The translations under genes and the position numbers were made by a program. Source: a virus. Taken from it: 64,000 nt of DNA. Location: positions 32,001 through 96,000 of the IMG/VR virus record IMGVR_UViG_3300027777_000023. One strand, 5' to 3'. Positions within the stretch are counted from its first letter, which is position 1. Every line of letters begins with the position of its first letter. A model generated the notes under the pieces. That model saw only the letters and a program-made list of their open reading frames with translations, did not search any database and was not told the DNA's origin. Of this stretch, positions 17,246 through 27,207 are shown in pieces.

Positions 17246-17549
17246 TATGAAATTTGACCGAGACAAACTAGAAGAAGAAGTTCTCAAAAAAGTTAAAGAA
17301 GTTAATGAGGAGTCGGGCTACCGTCCTTACTTTGAGCTGCCCGAATATGTGCACATCGTCGCTTCTATCATGGAAGATAAGTTTAAAGTTGAGTATGATG
17401 ATTTTGTGAATCAAATACATCTACTTTCCAAAGAACTAGACAAAGCTCAGATCAAAGCAGAAAATTTAGAAGAAGAGTTAATCCAATTAAAAGGAGACAT
17501 GGATGTGATAACCTTATGGCTGAAGAACACAAAATCAATATTGCGCTAG
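17235..17549 (+). CDS. Hypothetical coiled-coil protein
   Basis: Co-oriented, abutting. Confidence 0.6.
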   Translation: MHIDMKFDRDKLEEEVLKKVKEVNEESGYRPYFELPEYVHIVASIMEDKFKVEYDDFVNQIHLLSKELDKAQIKAENLEEELIQLKGDMDVITLWLKNTKSILR

Positions 17550-17854
17550 CCGAATTGTATGGCTGGACAGATATTCAAATAAGTACAGACTATAGGGGTT
17601 CCTATGGTTTGGATGAACAAGGTAGACTTCGTTTGCTTCCTAAATACTGGGAAGACGCTTATACATTTGAAGAACTTTGGCCTAAGCTGACTGACGAAAA
17701 GAAAATGAGATTCACTAATGAACTTTGCTCTATTATTGATCGTGAAGACTATCCAACAAGATACATAGGAGGCGGCTGTTCAGCTTTCTTTGCTACAGCA
17801 AGACAAAGAGCAGAAGCTATGTTGAGAACATTTGATAATTGGAAAGAAGAATAA
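17516..17854 (+). CDS. NinX-like protein, paralog 2
   Basis: IN.ALAE.YGW..ATARQRAEAMLRT. Confidence 0.65.
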   Translation: MAEEHKINIALAELYGWTDIQISTDYRGSYGLDEQGRLRLLPKYWEDAYTFEELWPKLTDEKKMRFTNELCSIIDREDYPTRYIGGGCSAFFATARQRAEAMLRTFDNWKEE

Positions 17855-17855
17855 T

Positions 17856-18968
17856 ATGACATTTATTGCATTCAGCGATCAGCATCTGGAAAGCAAACTA
17901 TACAATATTCCAGAACTCGAGAAAGACAACAGAACCCTATTCAGCCTTGTAATCGACACTGCTATCGAGCGAGAAGTTGATTATCTTGTGAGTGTAGGTG
18001 ACTTGTTCGACAACAATAAGCCTAGCAGCGATACGATTAGATTCGTCACAGGTGAGCTAGAGCGATTAAAAAAACACAACGTAAAGCCTGTAGCAATTGC
18101 TGGCGACCATAGCAAGCCTGTCTATGGCAGTACCTGGGAGCAGGTATGTGGGTTTGAGGATATCAACACCGTGGCTGAGTTTGCTGGTGTGGACTATAGC
18201 GACAATCCGCAGGATGTAGTCGAACTGCTCAACCATGAATTAAACAAACGCGATAAAGACACGGTCGAGTTCCTATTCATGCATCAGCAAATCCCTGAAC
18301 TCTGGCCGTTCTGCGACGAGAAGAAAAAGATCTCGTTAAAAGATCTAGATCTAGGCAATCACTGCGGCTCGATGCAGGGTGTGTTTCTTGGCGATATTCA
18401 TATTCGTCGAGAAATGCGCTATCATGACATAGCCTGCGATAAAGAGCTATTCGTGGGCTATTGTGGCAGTCTTGGTGTAACCGCAGCCAACGAAACAGAA
18501 AAACCTGGCTTGTACTACTATGATGGTGAAAAGCTGAAGACAATCAAGTATGACTTGCCTCGCCAGTATGTAACCCTCAACGTTACCCCAGACAACCTTG
18601 AAGAGACTGCCCGCACCTGTAGGTATGACATCTATAAGTTGGGCGACACAGGCCGTAGTAAGCCTGTGCTTCTTGTGAAGCTGTACAACGGAGTTGAGAT
18701 TGAGGGTAAACTAAACTTCCTCTACGACATCGGTCATGTAAAGATGACCAGAGTACGCTCTGATGCCGAAGGTAAGGAAGAGTTGGTAAACATTCGATCT
18801 GAGATTAAAACCATGGACAGGTTTAGTGGAGTTCTCAGAGACCTTACAAACGGTATCGAAAACAGTGAAACTGTATACGACCTAGCATACAAACTGCTCA
18901 CATCAGCAGACCCTAAAAGTGAACTAGACACGTTCAAAGCATCAGTATATGAGCCACAAATTAACTAA
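17856..18968 (+). CDS. sbcD: Mre11/SbcD-like metallophosphoesterase nuclease
   Basis: SDQHL, GDLFD, GDH, HQ, GDIH and YCGS motifs. Confidence 0.85.
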   Translation: MTFIAFSDQHLESKLYNIPELEKDNRTLFSLVIDTAIEREVDYLVSVGDLFDNNKPSSDTIRFVTGELERLKKHNVKPVAIAGDHSKPVYGSTWEQVCGFEDINTVAEFAGVDYSDNPQDVVELLNHELNKRDKDTVEFLFMHQQIPELWPFCDEKKKISLKDLDLGNHCGSMQGVFLGDIHIRREMRYHDIACDKELFVGYCGSLGVTAANETEKPGLYYYDGEKLKTIKYDLPRQYVTLNVTPDNLEETARTCRYDIYKLGDTGRSKPVLLVKLYNGVEIEGKLNFLYDIGHVKMTRVRSDAEGKEELVNIRSEIKTMDRFSGVLRDLTNGIENSETVYDLAYKLLTSADPKSELDTFKASVYEPQIN

Positions 18969-19206
18969 ACAGCAGAAGCAGATCATCCTAGATGCAAGAA
19001 AATGTATCATGGAACATTATAAAGTTGTTGATGAGATTGAAAAGAAAGTTCTCGAGGGTTTAGGAATTAAGGAAGATAGTAATGCTCATTGCGAATTGAT
19101 AGACATCTTTCACAATCAATCTGTAGTAGCATTCGAAGGCATGGATAGATTATTAGAATTGGTTGCTCTTTATATGGAACAAGATAAACAAAAAGAACTA
19201 GAATAA
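18949..19206 (+). CDS. Hypothetical protein
   Basis: Co-oriented, abutting. Confidence 0.6.
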   Translation: MSHKLTKQQKQIILDARKCIMEHYKVVDEIEKKVLEGLGIKEDSNAHCELIDIFHNQSVVAFEGMDRLLELVALYMEQDKQKELE

Positions 19207-19209
19207 ACT

Positions 19210-19530
19210 ATGAACGCTAAACAAGAATTACTACATCGTTTAGAAGAACCCTGCGCCAGGCTCTTGTGTGCTTATATCCAATATGGTGCAGACTGGGAGG
19301 AGCCTCGTACACTTATAACTCTTAAGGTTGGATACGATTCAGCAGAATTAGAAAGCTTTTTGAATAAGCTAAATTTTGGCTATGATAGTGGTTTCGGTGC
19401 TCAAGAATTGTTTGGTGTGGTTTGGTTGGAAGATGGTACGTGGTTGAGTAGAGAAGAATATGATGGTAGTGAATGGTGGCAGCATAACAAGCTTCCTCAT
19501 ATTCCAATAGAGTGTTTAAGAGTGCAATAA
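19210..19530 (+). CDS. Phage hypothetical protein
   Basis: YDSGFG.QELFG.VW..DGTW..R.EYDGSEWW pattern. Confidence 0.7.
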   Translation: MNAKQELLHRLEEPCARLLCAYIQYGADWEEPRTLITLKVGYDSAELESFLNKLNFGYDSGFGAQELFGVVWLEDGTWLSREEYDGSEWWQHNKLPHIPIECLRVQ

Positions 19531-19533
19531 ATT

Positions 19534-20109
19534 ATGAAAGAATATAAAAAAATTGTTGAAAAATATCCTGAGTTGTTTGGTGCTACCGATAAACGCTCAC
19601 CATACGCTATGTTTGGCTTTGAGTGCGGAATTGGCTGGTATGACATTATCGAAAATGCCTGCTTTGTCTTATACCAACGATACGCTAATGCAAAATGGTA
19701 TCTAAATATTATCGAGCAGCAGCTGGAAGATGTGCCTGGGTACGCCAAGAGAACAAGCTACGGAGACAAAGTTGTTTCCGAAGAAGAAGCACAGACTGAG
19801 CTGGAAAAGCAAAAAGCTAAATGTGTGGTTAAGCTAGAGGAGGCAAAAGAAAACCTACCCAAAGTGGCGCAAATCAAAGAGAAGTTCGGATCACTACGGT
19901 TCTATCTCTATAACGTGGACGATGTGAGCAACGCAGTCACAACATATGCTGAGGCCATGAGTACGAGCACTTGCGAAGACTGTGGGTGTCCAGGCAAAAC
20001 ATATCGTATGGGCTGGTATCGCACATTGTGTCCAGCACATGCAGCTGAGCAATACGATGCAGATCAACTAGCAAACTACGAGAAAGAACTAGAAGAAGAC
20101 GAGAAATAG
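19534..20109 (+). CDS. Phage hypothetical protein with C-terminal Zn ribbon
   Basis: C..GW, QIKEKFG.LRFY, CEDCG..W.RTLC..H. Confidence 0.7.
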   Translation: MKEYKKIVEKYPELFGATDKRSPYAMFGFECGIGWYDIIENACFVLYQRYANAKWYLNIIEQQLEDVPGYAKRTSYGDKVVSEEEAQTELEKQKAKCVVKLEEAKENLPKVAQIKEKFGSLRFYLYNVDDVSNAVTTYAEAMSTSTCEDCGCPGKTYRMGWYRTLCPAHAAEQYDADQLANYEKELEEDEK

Positions 20110-20110
20110 T

Positions 20111-20242
20111 ATGACTGAATTAGAATATCAGCTGGCTAAAGACATATCGTTAAATCTTTGTATTACGGTATCGGGATTTATACTGGGATGGATATTAGGG
20201 TTAATATTTTTCCACTTCATTGGTGGATTATTTAAACGATAG
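20111..20242 (+). CDS. Small membrane protein (43 aa, own translation)
   Basis: Single hydrophobic segment; fills gap. Confidence 0.5.
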   Translation: MTELEYQLAKDISLNLCITVSGFILGWILGLIFFHFIGGLFKR

Positions 20243-20254
20243 GAGTATAAATTT

Positions 20255-20482
20255 ATGGCTACAATCAAAAGGTTCAAGATTCAGTTCATACTGGTGAAAG
20301 AAGCTATAAGACCCTATACCCGTAAACGCTGGAAAGATAAGACAGGCTGGTCGTATTGTACACTAGCTAACGCAACACAAGCCTTAGCAGAACTTAATAG
20401 CGCGTACGAGTTGTTAGGTAGAACCAAAACAGAAACATGGCGTATATACGACATGATTAACCACGAACCTCTAGTACTATGA
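20255..20482 (+). CDS. Hypothetical protein
   Basis: Co-oriented. Confidence 0.55.
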   Translation: MATIKRFKIQFILVKEAIRPYTRKRWKDKTGWSYCTLANATQALAELNSAYELLGRTKTETWRIYDMINHEPLVL

Positions 20483-20700
20483 GTCTTGATAAAGCGATTA
20501 AATACTGCAAAGAACACAGAAAGAACTATACTGGCGCTGCTGCATGGGACGCCACCTGTAGACCTCATGGAGGATGTCCTTGGTGTGAAGATAATCGTAC
20601 ACATCAAGACAAGAAAGCCAGAGCAGCGGCAGATGAAGAACTAGAAAACTGGGAACCAGAACACAACGAACTGTGGACGCAGAACAGCAAAACACAATGA
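20479..20700 (+). CDS. Phage hypothetical protein
   Basis: KE.RK.Y....D.TCR.HGGCPWC..NR. Confidence 0.65.
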   Translation: MSLDKAIKYCKEHRKNYTGAAAWDATCRPHGGCPWCEDNRTHQDKKARAAADEELENWEPEHNELWTQNSKTQ

Positions 20701-20924
20701 GCGAACCAATTCCAGAAAGCCACCGGAACGCATCAAGAATGTATAATTCTTTTTACGAGGCCATGATATTACCGGGCATATACAATAAAGAAGCTGTACA
20801 GCTACTTATCGCACAGATTGAGCACGACCTGCATACGTACAAAGAAGACTTTGACGATGTGGAGATGGCTTTGTATCGAAACTATATCCACTACCTAAAA
20901 ACACTTAAACATGAATCAAACTGA
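20697..20924 (+). CDS. Hypothetical protein
   Basis: ATGA overlap. Confidence 0.55.
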   Translation: MSEPIPESHRNASRMYNSFYEAMILPGIYNKEAVQLLIAQIEHDLHTYKEDFDDVEMALYRNYIHYLKTLKHESN

Positions 20925-21465
20925 CGAACACACAGACAAACTAGCAGCAAAACTAGAGAAGCTGAAAGAGCGAGCGCATTTCGCGCTAGACTGTGCATAC
21001 GAAGATCTACAAGAACTCGCGTTGTGTAGTGCAGCTTTTGCCGAGTTTATATACTACTTCACAGCGTACATAGCTGCAAATGAAACGGCAGCTTTTCAGC
21101 TCACAGATCCTGATATCGGCCGAGAACTATGGCTCTTTGTTAATGAAATATGTGAGGGCAACGGCATGGCAGATGATATAGATCATCCGACTAAATGGGT
21201 ATTTTGCTTGAATCAGTTTGCAGGCAACTATTTCTTTGATGACAACTGTTTCAGGTTTCGTCAGGAAAATTACGGAGTATTCAGCTTCTACTCTGATTAC
21301 GATCAAGGTTTTCATAATCCCAGGATTCTCATAGAGGCAGCTAAAGCAAACGTTGCATGGAAGAAAGAGCGCAAGAGTCGGGGCTGGATTACTGAAGCAG
21401 CCAAAGCAATTAAAGTAGACGGAAGTAAAGTATTAGAACTAGCAAAAAATGAGCATACTAGGTAA
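20911..21465 (+). CDS. Hypothetical protein
   Basis: 184-aa ORF, abutting. Confidence 0.65.
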   Translation: MNQTDEHTDKLAAKLEKLKERAHFALDCAYEDLQELALCSAAFAEFIYYFTAYIAANETAAFQLTDPDIGRELWLFVNEICEGNGMADDIDHPTKWVFCLNQFAGNYFFDDNCFRFRQENYGVFSFYSDYDQGFHNPRILIEAAKANVAWKKERKSRGWITEAAKAIKVDGSKVLELAKNEHTR

Positions 21466-21640
21466 AAAGGGTTTAAAGCCTGAAATGGTGTTCAAGTGCA
21501 ACGACTGTGATCATACGACCACAGGACAAAACATTATCGACGGCGAGTATCTTTACATCGTACGTCGAAACACAGAAGTTCCCAATCTGTCAATATTCCG
21601 CTGTGAATCTTGTCAGGATGACCACGATGATCAGGAATAA
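21449..21640 (+). CDS. Small Zn-ribbon protein
   Basis: CNDC..CESC. Confidence 0.6.
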   Translation: MSILGKKGLKPEMVFKCNDCDHTTTGQNIIDGEYLYIVRRNTEVPNLSIFRCESCQDDHDDQE

Positions 21641-22529
21641 AGGCGTGTGCTGCATTGTTCTCGCACTAGAAGAGAACGACCCACCAGTAAAGTTCAAGAC
21701 AATCACATACAAGTCCTTCAGTGCTCTTCCTAGAGAAGCTGCACTGGAGAAACTTGGGGGTGTGATTGAGAATAACTTGAAGGTTACATGGGAAGCAGTT
21801 GAATATTGTGGATTGTCTGGACATAACTATAGACTTAGTTCCGACGTATTCCCGTTGATCACATACAAGGCAGCCGCAGTGAGTATAGAGGATCTGCCCA
21901 ATGTTGCCGGAATATGTGAATTGCTAGACATCATCAAAGACACAAGAAAGCGATATGGTGTACGCATTAGCTGTCATCCAGATCAGTTTAATGTGCTTGC
22001 CAGCGATAACACTGAAGCTGTGGCACGGTCCATTACTGAATTAAACTTTCAGGCATGGTTCATGACTCAGATAGGCTGTCCGTTAAATTATGATGCACCA
22101 CTAAACATACACATAAATAGGTCACATAAAGGCGATCTTGAAGGTATTGCTAGACTGTTTAACGACAGTTTCAAGCTACTCAGCGATGATGCTCGCCTTC
22201 GGCTAGTACTCGAAAACGACGACAAGCAGACTGGCTGGAGTGTGATGGACTTGTACAGGATGCAGCACATTCTTAATACTCCCATCACATTCGACTATCT
22301 GCATCACAAGTGTCACCCAGGAAACATGCCTGAGGACTCAGCATTAGTATTAGCCAGCCTTACATGGGGAGCGTACGTTCCCCTGTTTCATTATAGCGAA
22401 AGCATACCTGGACATAACAATCCAAGGAAGCACGCAGATTACGCCTCAAAGCTGCCAGAAACCTACAACAAAACCTTCGACCTCGACTTCGAGTTCAAGA
22501 TGAAGGAAAAATCATTCGAAAACTTATGA
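21627..22529 (+). CDS. uvsE: UV damage endonuclease
   Basis: YRLSSD.FP, R.S.HPDQF.VL, RL.LENDD, FD..HH, P.FHYS, HAD. Confidence 0.92.
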   Translation: MIRNKGVCCIVLALEENDPPVKFKTITYKSFSALPREAALEKLGGVIENNLKVTWEAVEYCGLSGHNYRLSSDVFPLITYKAAAVSIEDLPNVAGICELLDIIKDTRKRYGVRISCHPDQFNVLASDNTEAVARSITELNFQAWFMTQIGCPLNYDAPLNIHINRSHKGDLEGIARLFNDSFKLLSDDARLRLVLENDDKQTGWSVMDLYRMQHILNTPITFDYLHHKCHPGNMPEDSALVLASLTWGAYVPLFHYSESIPGHNNPRKHADYASKLPETYNKTFDLDFEFKMKEKSFENL

Positions 22530-22816
22530 CGAAATATAAACTGTACAGAGTAACTGTCGAAAAAGAATTCGTGATAGCTGCTCCTGCAGAGGATGCGCTT
22601 GATATTGTGGAATCTAGCGTAAATAATATTATACGACTTCACTCAGACGATATGCGGAGCGAAGACCCTACACAAGTTACTGCAAAGGAAATCAAAGGTG
22701 TCAGTGACCTCCCTGACGGCTGGGTGCCTTCGTGTTTACCATACACAAACCACAGCCCTGCTAAAATACCGCGTGAGATAATAAATAAAACCATTAAAGA
22801 TTTCTTGAATGACTGA
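22526..22816 (+). CDS. Hypothetical protein
   Basis: ATGA overlap. Confidence 0.6.
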   Translation: MTKYKLYRVTVEKEFVIAAPAEDALDIVESSVNNIIRLHSDDMRSEDPTQVTAKEIKGVSDLPDGWVPSCLPYTNHSPAKIPREIINKTIKDFLND

Positions 22817-23108
22817 CGAACAAATTAACGCGGCGATTGCCGAGGCGTGTGGGTGGACCAACGTGCACCCAGCAAACAGGTCTGGCAAAGCGCCCGGGAC
22901 TGACTATACGAGCAATTACGAACACATTCCAGACTATTGCAACGACCTCAACGCAATGCACCAAGCTGAAGGAGCCCTGTCGGATGGCGACTTGTGGACA
23001 ATGAAATACAATTTACCGCTCCAGGGCGATCTTGAGTTTCGGTCAACAGCCAGACAGCGGGCAGAAGCATTTCTAAGAACACTAGACAAATGGAAATCAG
23101 AAAACTAA
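22809..23108 (+). CDS. NinX-like protein, paralog 3
   Basis: MTDEQINAAIAEACGW..PDYCNDLNAMH.AE..TARQRAEAFLRT. Confidence 0.7.
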   Translation: MTDEQINAAIAEACGWTNVHPANRSGKAPGTDYTSNYEHIPDYCNDLNAMHQAEGALSDGDLWTMKYNLPLQGDLEFRSTARQRAEAFLRTLDKWKSEN

Positions 23109-25135
23109 TTCTTAAAAACTTCAGGTCTCATAGAGCACTAACACTAGACTTTGCTTCTGGTGTTACAGGCGTCTGTGGTGGTAATGGTAGTGGCAAGAGT
23201 AGTGTTGTTGAGGCGATAGTCTTTCTTCTTACAGGGGAAGGCTATGCTAAAAGCAAGAGCGACATGATCACTGTTGGACAAACAACAGGCTATGTCATAG
23301 GTCACTTACTCATTGACGGTAAAGAAGCCGTACTAGAACGCCACACAGACACTGCAAAGGTTAACTTCGTATACGATGGTGTGACATATAAGAAGAGTAG
23401 CGAGGTGAATGAGATTTGGGATAAACTATTTCAGATCGACAAACACATCCTTCAAAATGTAGTTGTAAGCAATCAGGGTGAAATAGCCCTACTGTTCAAC
23501 GGTGATGCAAGCACCAAGGAAAAGCTGTTTCAGAAGATCTTTATGGTGCCAAATACCACAAAGCTTCGAGATACGATCTGGAACAATTATATCAAGACTG
23601 CGCCTCCTGAATATCCAGTAAAGGACGAGACCTTGATTTCTAGCGAGATTCAGTGTGTTGAAAAGCTCATTGAAATGGCTACTGAAGAGTTGGCGACACA
23701 GCAGGTAAACGAAGACGAATACAACAAACTCATTGCTCGTAAAGCATACCTTGATAAAGTAGAAGAATCGCAGGCAGCACATAAACAGTTATCAGAAGAT
23801 ATCGATAAGTCTAACGAGGTAGTGGCAGCTAGTTCAAACGAGATAGCCTCACTACATACTAAGATGGCATCGATAGTTATAACTGACTATCGTGACTGCG
23901 TTGCTGCGCAGAAAGCTGCAAAGCCTATGCATGAGAACAAGCAAAGATGGCTAGCTAAAAAGGCCTCGTTGACTGCTCCGACGTGCGCAAAAGTAGATGA
24001 AACAGATATCGCCAAGCACAGAAATGCTGTAGCTGATCTGGAAGCAGAGCTGAAGACTAAGCGTGCGTCTGTGATTGAGCTTAATCGTAAACTGCAAGAG
24101 TACGAGAAGTCCGGGCTGAGTTCTGGTGTTTGTCCTACCTGCGGTACAGAGGTAGATAACATTGTAAAGCTCGTAGAGCATGTTAATAAAGAGTTGGAGC
24201 CTCTCATCGCAGAAGGTATAGCAATGAAATCCTCTCTAATAGCTGTCACAGCTGAAAGAGATAAAACTCTAGAGATGTTTAAACTGTGGGAAACCTACAG
24301 TAAAGCGCAGGCTGAAATTGACACAGCTCTGGACTCTATAGGAGAAGTTTTCTTCAATCAGGAAGACCTTGATCTGTGTCAGAGTGTTCTTGATAAATAC
24401 ACTGCATGGGAACTTGATCTAGCCTCACTACACAGAGGACACACGTCAGCACAGAGCAGAGTGAACGAGCAGACCCTGAAGCTCTCTTCGTTGACATCAT
24501 ATGATCGAGCTATGGACTCTTTCGAGGATGAGAGAAGGGCTGTAAATGATGTTTTGATTGTAGCGAGAGCGTCTAAGGAAAAAGCCAAAGCCCTAGAGAT
24601 CGAAATAGCTACCAACAAAGTATCATTAACCACAGCTCAGAAAGAACTGAAAGAAAACAGTGAATACATTGAAAAGAACAAGAAGCGAGAGGAATATGTG
24701 AGCGTATTGAATAGTTTGTACGAGCTGTTCCATACTTCTAAGTTTCCTCGCAGTCTCATTCAAACGTATGCCAGCACAGTTTCAGAGTATATGAATAGTG
24801 TGCTAGCTTCGTTTGACTTTCCATACACAGCCAAAGTAAACGAAAGTTTCGGGATTGATGTATTTAACGATGAAGGTCTGGAGTTGCCAGCTATATCAGG
24901 CGGCCAGCAAGTTATGGTCGGCTTTAGCTTACGTTTGGCCCTTCACAATATGTTTGTGGGAGCGTTCCCATTTATGATTGTTGACGAGGGGAGCTATGGA
25001 CTGAATAGTGAGAATGCAAAGAAGTACTTTGAAATTATTCGATCCCTAGGTAAAGATAGTAAGTTTAAACAAGTGATCGTTATCGACCATCATAACGAAC
25101 TCAGTGAATACGTAGACAACACCATTAATCTATGA
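23090..25135 (+). CDS. sbcC: Rad50/SbcC-like SMC ATPase
   Basis: GGNGSGKS, Q-loop, coiled coils, Zn hook CPTCG, signature ISGGQ, Walker B IVDEG, H-loop IDH. Confidence 0.92.
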   Translation: MEIRKLILKNFRSHRALTLDFASGVTGVCGGNGSGKSSVVEAIVFLLTGEGYAKSKSDMITVGQTTGYVIGHLLIDGKEAVLERHTDTAKVNFVYDGVTYKKSSEVNEIWDKLFQIDKHILQNVVVSNQGEIALLFNGDASTKEKLFQKIFMVPNTTKLRDTIWNNYIKTAPPEYPVKDETLISSEIQCVEKLIEMATEELATQQVNEDEYNKLIARKAYLDKVEESQAAHKQLSEDIDKSNEVVAASSNEIASLHTKMASIVITDYRDCVAAQKAAKPMHENKQRWLAKKASLTAPTCAKVDETDIAKHRNAVADLEAELKTKRASVIELNRKLQEYEKSGLSSGVCPTCGTEVDNIVKLVEHVNKELEPLIAEGIAMKSSLIAVTAERDKTLEMFKLWETYSKAQAEIDTALDSIGEVFFNQEDLDLCQSVLDKYTAWELDLASLHRGHTSAQSRVNEQTLKLSSLTSYDRAMDSFEDERRAVNDVLIVARASKEKAKALEIEIATNKVSLTTAQKELKENSEYIEKNKKREEYVSVLNSLYELFHTSKFPRSLIQTYASTVSEYMNSVLASFDFPYTAKVNESFGIDVFNDEGLELPAISGGQQVMVGFSLRLALHNMFVGAFPFMIVDEGSYGLNSENAKKYFEIIRSLGKDSKFKQVIVIDHHNELSEYVDNTINL

Positions 25136-25332
25136 GTACAGACGAGAAAATACAAAGCTTACGGACCATCTTAAAATGGTACAACAGAAGTCATCGTTGG
25201 TTGACAGGGAATACAGATGGTAAACCTTCGGATTACGAGCAAAAGCTAGCTCGCGAATTGACCCTAGAACTCAACGAGTACCTGGATATACAATCAAACG
25301 AACAATGTACACATACGCAAAAGACATCGTAG
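25132..25332 (+). CDS. Hypothetical protein
   Basis: ATGA overlap. Confidence 0.55.
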   Translation: MSTDEKIQSLRTILKWYNRSHRWLTGNTDGKPSDYEQKLARELTLELNEYLDIQSNEQCTHTQKTS

Positions 25333-25517
25333 ATAAAGTTCGCATGACAAAGCTTCCGCCTTTTGGTCCTGGGTTTACAAAAGCACAGGCAGAAGAAGCA
25401 GCGACCATGGACGTATTATGCTCGTCGTTTAAAGACGACGGAGATGACTATACAGTGTTCGTATTAAAAAACAAAGATGGAAAAACCATCACAACAACAA
25501 GAGTAGACAACTATTAA
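25305..25517 (+). CDS. Hypothetical protein
   Basis: Co-oriented. Confidence 0.6.
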   Translation: MYTYAKDIVDKVRMTKLPPFGPGFTKAQAEEAATMDVLCSSFKDDGDDYTVFVLKNKDGKTITTTRVDNY

Positions 25518-25518
25518 T

Positions 25519-25743
25519 ATGAGTAAAGAACCTAAAGACAACCTACTAATTCCACTATTGATAACTGCGGTGGCGGCTTATTTTGGACTTAAGGGTAGAA
25601 GTGAGAAGCTCGCAGAAATAGCGAAAGATCTCACGAACAGAGCCATCAATGACCAGGCTAGAGACAACCATAGAGACCGAGCAATTCGTCACCACGTTAA
25701 CCGCAAAGGTGCGCGAAGTCTGCAGGATAGATATTACGCATGA
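25519..25743 (+). CDS. Small membrane-anchored protein
   Basis: N-terminal hydrophobic stretch. Confidence 0.55.
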   Translation: MSKEPKDNLLIPLLITAVAAYFGLKGRSEKLAEIAKDLTNRAINDQARDNHRDRAIRHHVNRKGARSLQDRYYA

Positions 25744-27203
25744 AAATAAAGATAACTAGGTTTGACGGAGGCCTAAAAATAAATCCCTGTCCTGCCTATT
25801 TATCTAAGTTTTTGCGCTATCACCATCGCGAGATGAAGAGCGTTCAGTATAAACGTGAGTGTGTTTTTACTGAACGCCTTCTCTACGCTACTGATGTGGA
25901 CGGCTCAATATTTACATTGCCTGGGCTCTACCAAGACATTGTAAAGCTGTTGAATAAAAACTTAGACACACTAGAGCTGGAAGACTATCGAACGCCAATG
26001 CCTGATCCTGATTGGAATGAGGTAAAGAAAATTAAACTCAGGGATTATCAGGTAGAGCCTGTACTTGATCTCTTGTTCAAGGGTAAAGAGGACAGCGGTG
26101 TAATCAACGCTACCGGTGGTTTCGGTAAAACTCACTGTCAGGCAGTTACTTACGCAGCTTGGCACAACCTAAATACAATTCTAGCAATCCCGCTAAAACA
26201 AGTGGTGTTGCAGACGTATGAAAAGTTTAAGCGCTGGTTCCCGCATAAACATATAGGTATCGTGGGTGACGGTAAACATGATGTGAGTAATGACATTACC
26301 ATCACCACATTCAGGTCTATGCAAAACTGCGCACTGGAAAAGTGTCAATTACTGTTGGTTGACGAAATGCAATCAGCAGGACAAGACACATTCCAGAATG
26401 CACTAAAGCAAATGAAGCCTGTGCGTATGTTTGGATTTAGTGCCACCACCGAGGGAATCTTCAATAATACTGACAAGCTAATTAAAGGCTTGTTTGGTGA
26501 GGATCTCATATACTTCCCATACGAAGATGCTGAGGGTGCAGGGGCAGTTGTCCCAGGCATGGTGTATATGGTCCGAATGCCTGACTATCTATTTATGGAG
26601 AATTACACCAGCTTTGACGCCAAGTTCAAGCACGGCATCAAAAGGTGTGATAAGCGTAATGAGATTATCGGCAGAGTATGTTCGTTGATACCTAAAGAAT
26701 GGCAGACGATCATCTTTATCGATCACGTCAAAGATCACTTGATTCCATTGTTCAAGTATCTACCTAAAGAAACGAGGTACCTGCATCGCGAGAGTAGCAA
26801 GAAGAATGTAGGAGCATTTGCACTAAGCGCAAAGCAGCAAAGCAAAACAATCGAGGAGTTCAGTAATAATGAATTTTCTCAGCTAGTCGCATCCGACGCT
26901 TTCCGCGCAGGAGTTGATATTCCTAACTGCCGTGTAGTGGTGCAAGCTAGTGGAGGCAGTAGTAAAGTTGAAGTATTACAGGAAGCCTATCGAGGTAGCC
27001 GTATTCTCACCAGCGAGCAGATGGAAACATTCGACCTACCGCCAAAAACACATTTTGTTCTGGTAGATTTCATGGACAACCACGATCCTACTCTAGAGGG
27101 AATGGCTAAAAAACGCATCAAGTATTATGAGGAACAAGGCTGGACAGTGAACATAGTAAATTCCCCAAAAGAAATATCCTGGTACGATTACCCTAAAAAA
27201 TAA
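25740..27203 (+). CDS. Superfamily 2 helicase (UvsW/SSL2-like)
   Basis: LRDYQ, TGGFGKT, LVDEMQ, SAT, GVDIP, QEAYRGSR. Confidence 0.88.
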   Translation: MKIKITRFDGGLKINPCPAYLSKFLRYHHREMKSVQYKRECVFTERLLYATDVDGSIFTLPGLYQDIVKLLNKNLDTLELEDYRTPMPDPDWNEVKKIKLRDYQVEPVLDLLFKGKEDSGVINATGGFGKTHCQAVTYAAWHNLNTILAIPLKQVVLQTYEKFKRWFPHKHIGIVGDGKHDVSNDITITTFRSMQNCALEKCQLLLVDEMQSAGQDTFQNALKQMKPVRMFGFSATTEGIFNNTDKLIKGLFGEDLIYFPYEDAEGAGAVVPGMVYMVRMPDYLFMENYTSFDAKFKHGIKRCDKRNEIIGRVCSLIPKEWQTIIFIDHVKDHLIPLFKYLPKETRYLHRESSKKNVGAFALSAKQQSKTIEEFSNNEFSQLVASDAFRAGVDIPNCRVVVQASGGSSKVEVLQEAYRGSRILTSEQMETFDLPPKTHFVLVDFMDNHDPTLEGMAKKRIKYYEEQGWTVNIVNSPKEISWYDYPKK

Positions 27204-27207
27204 TGTT

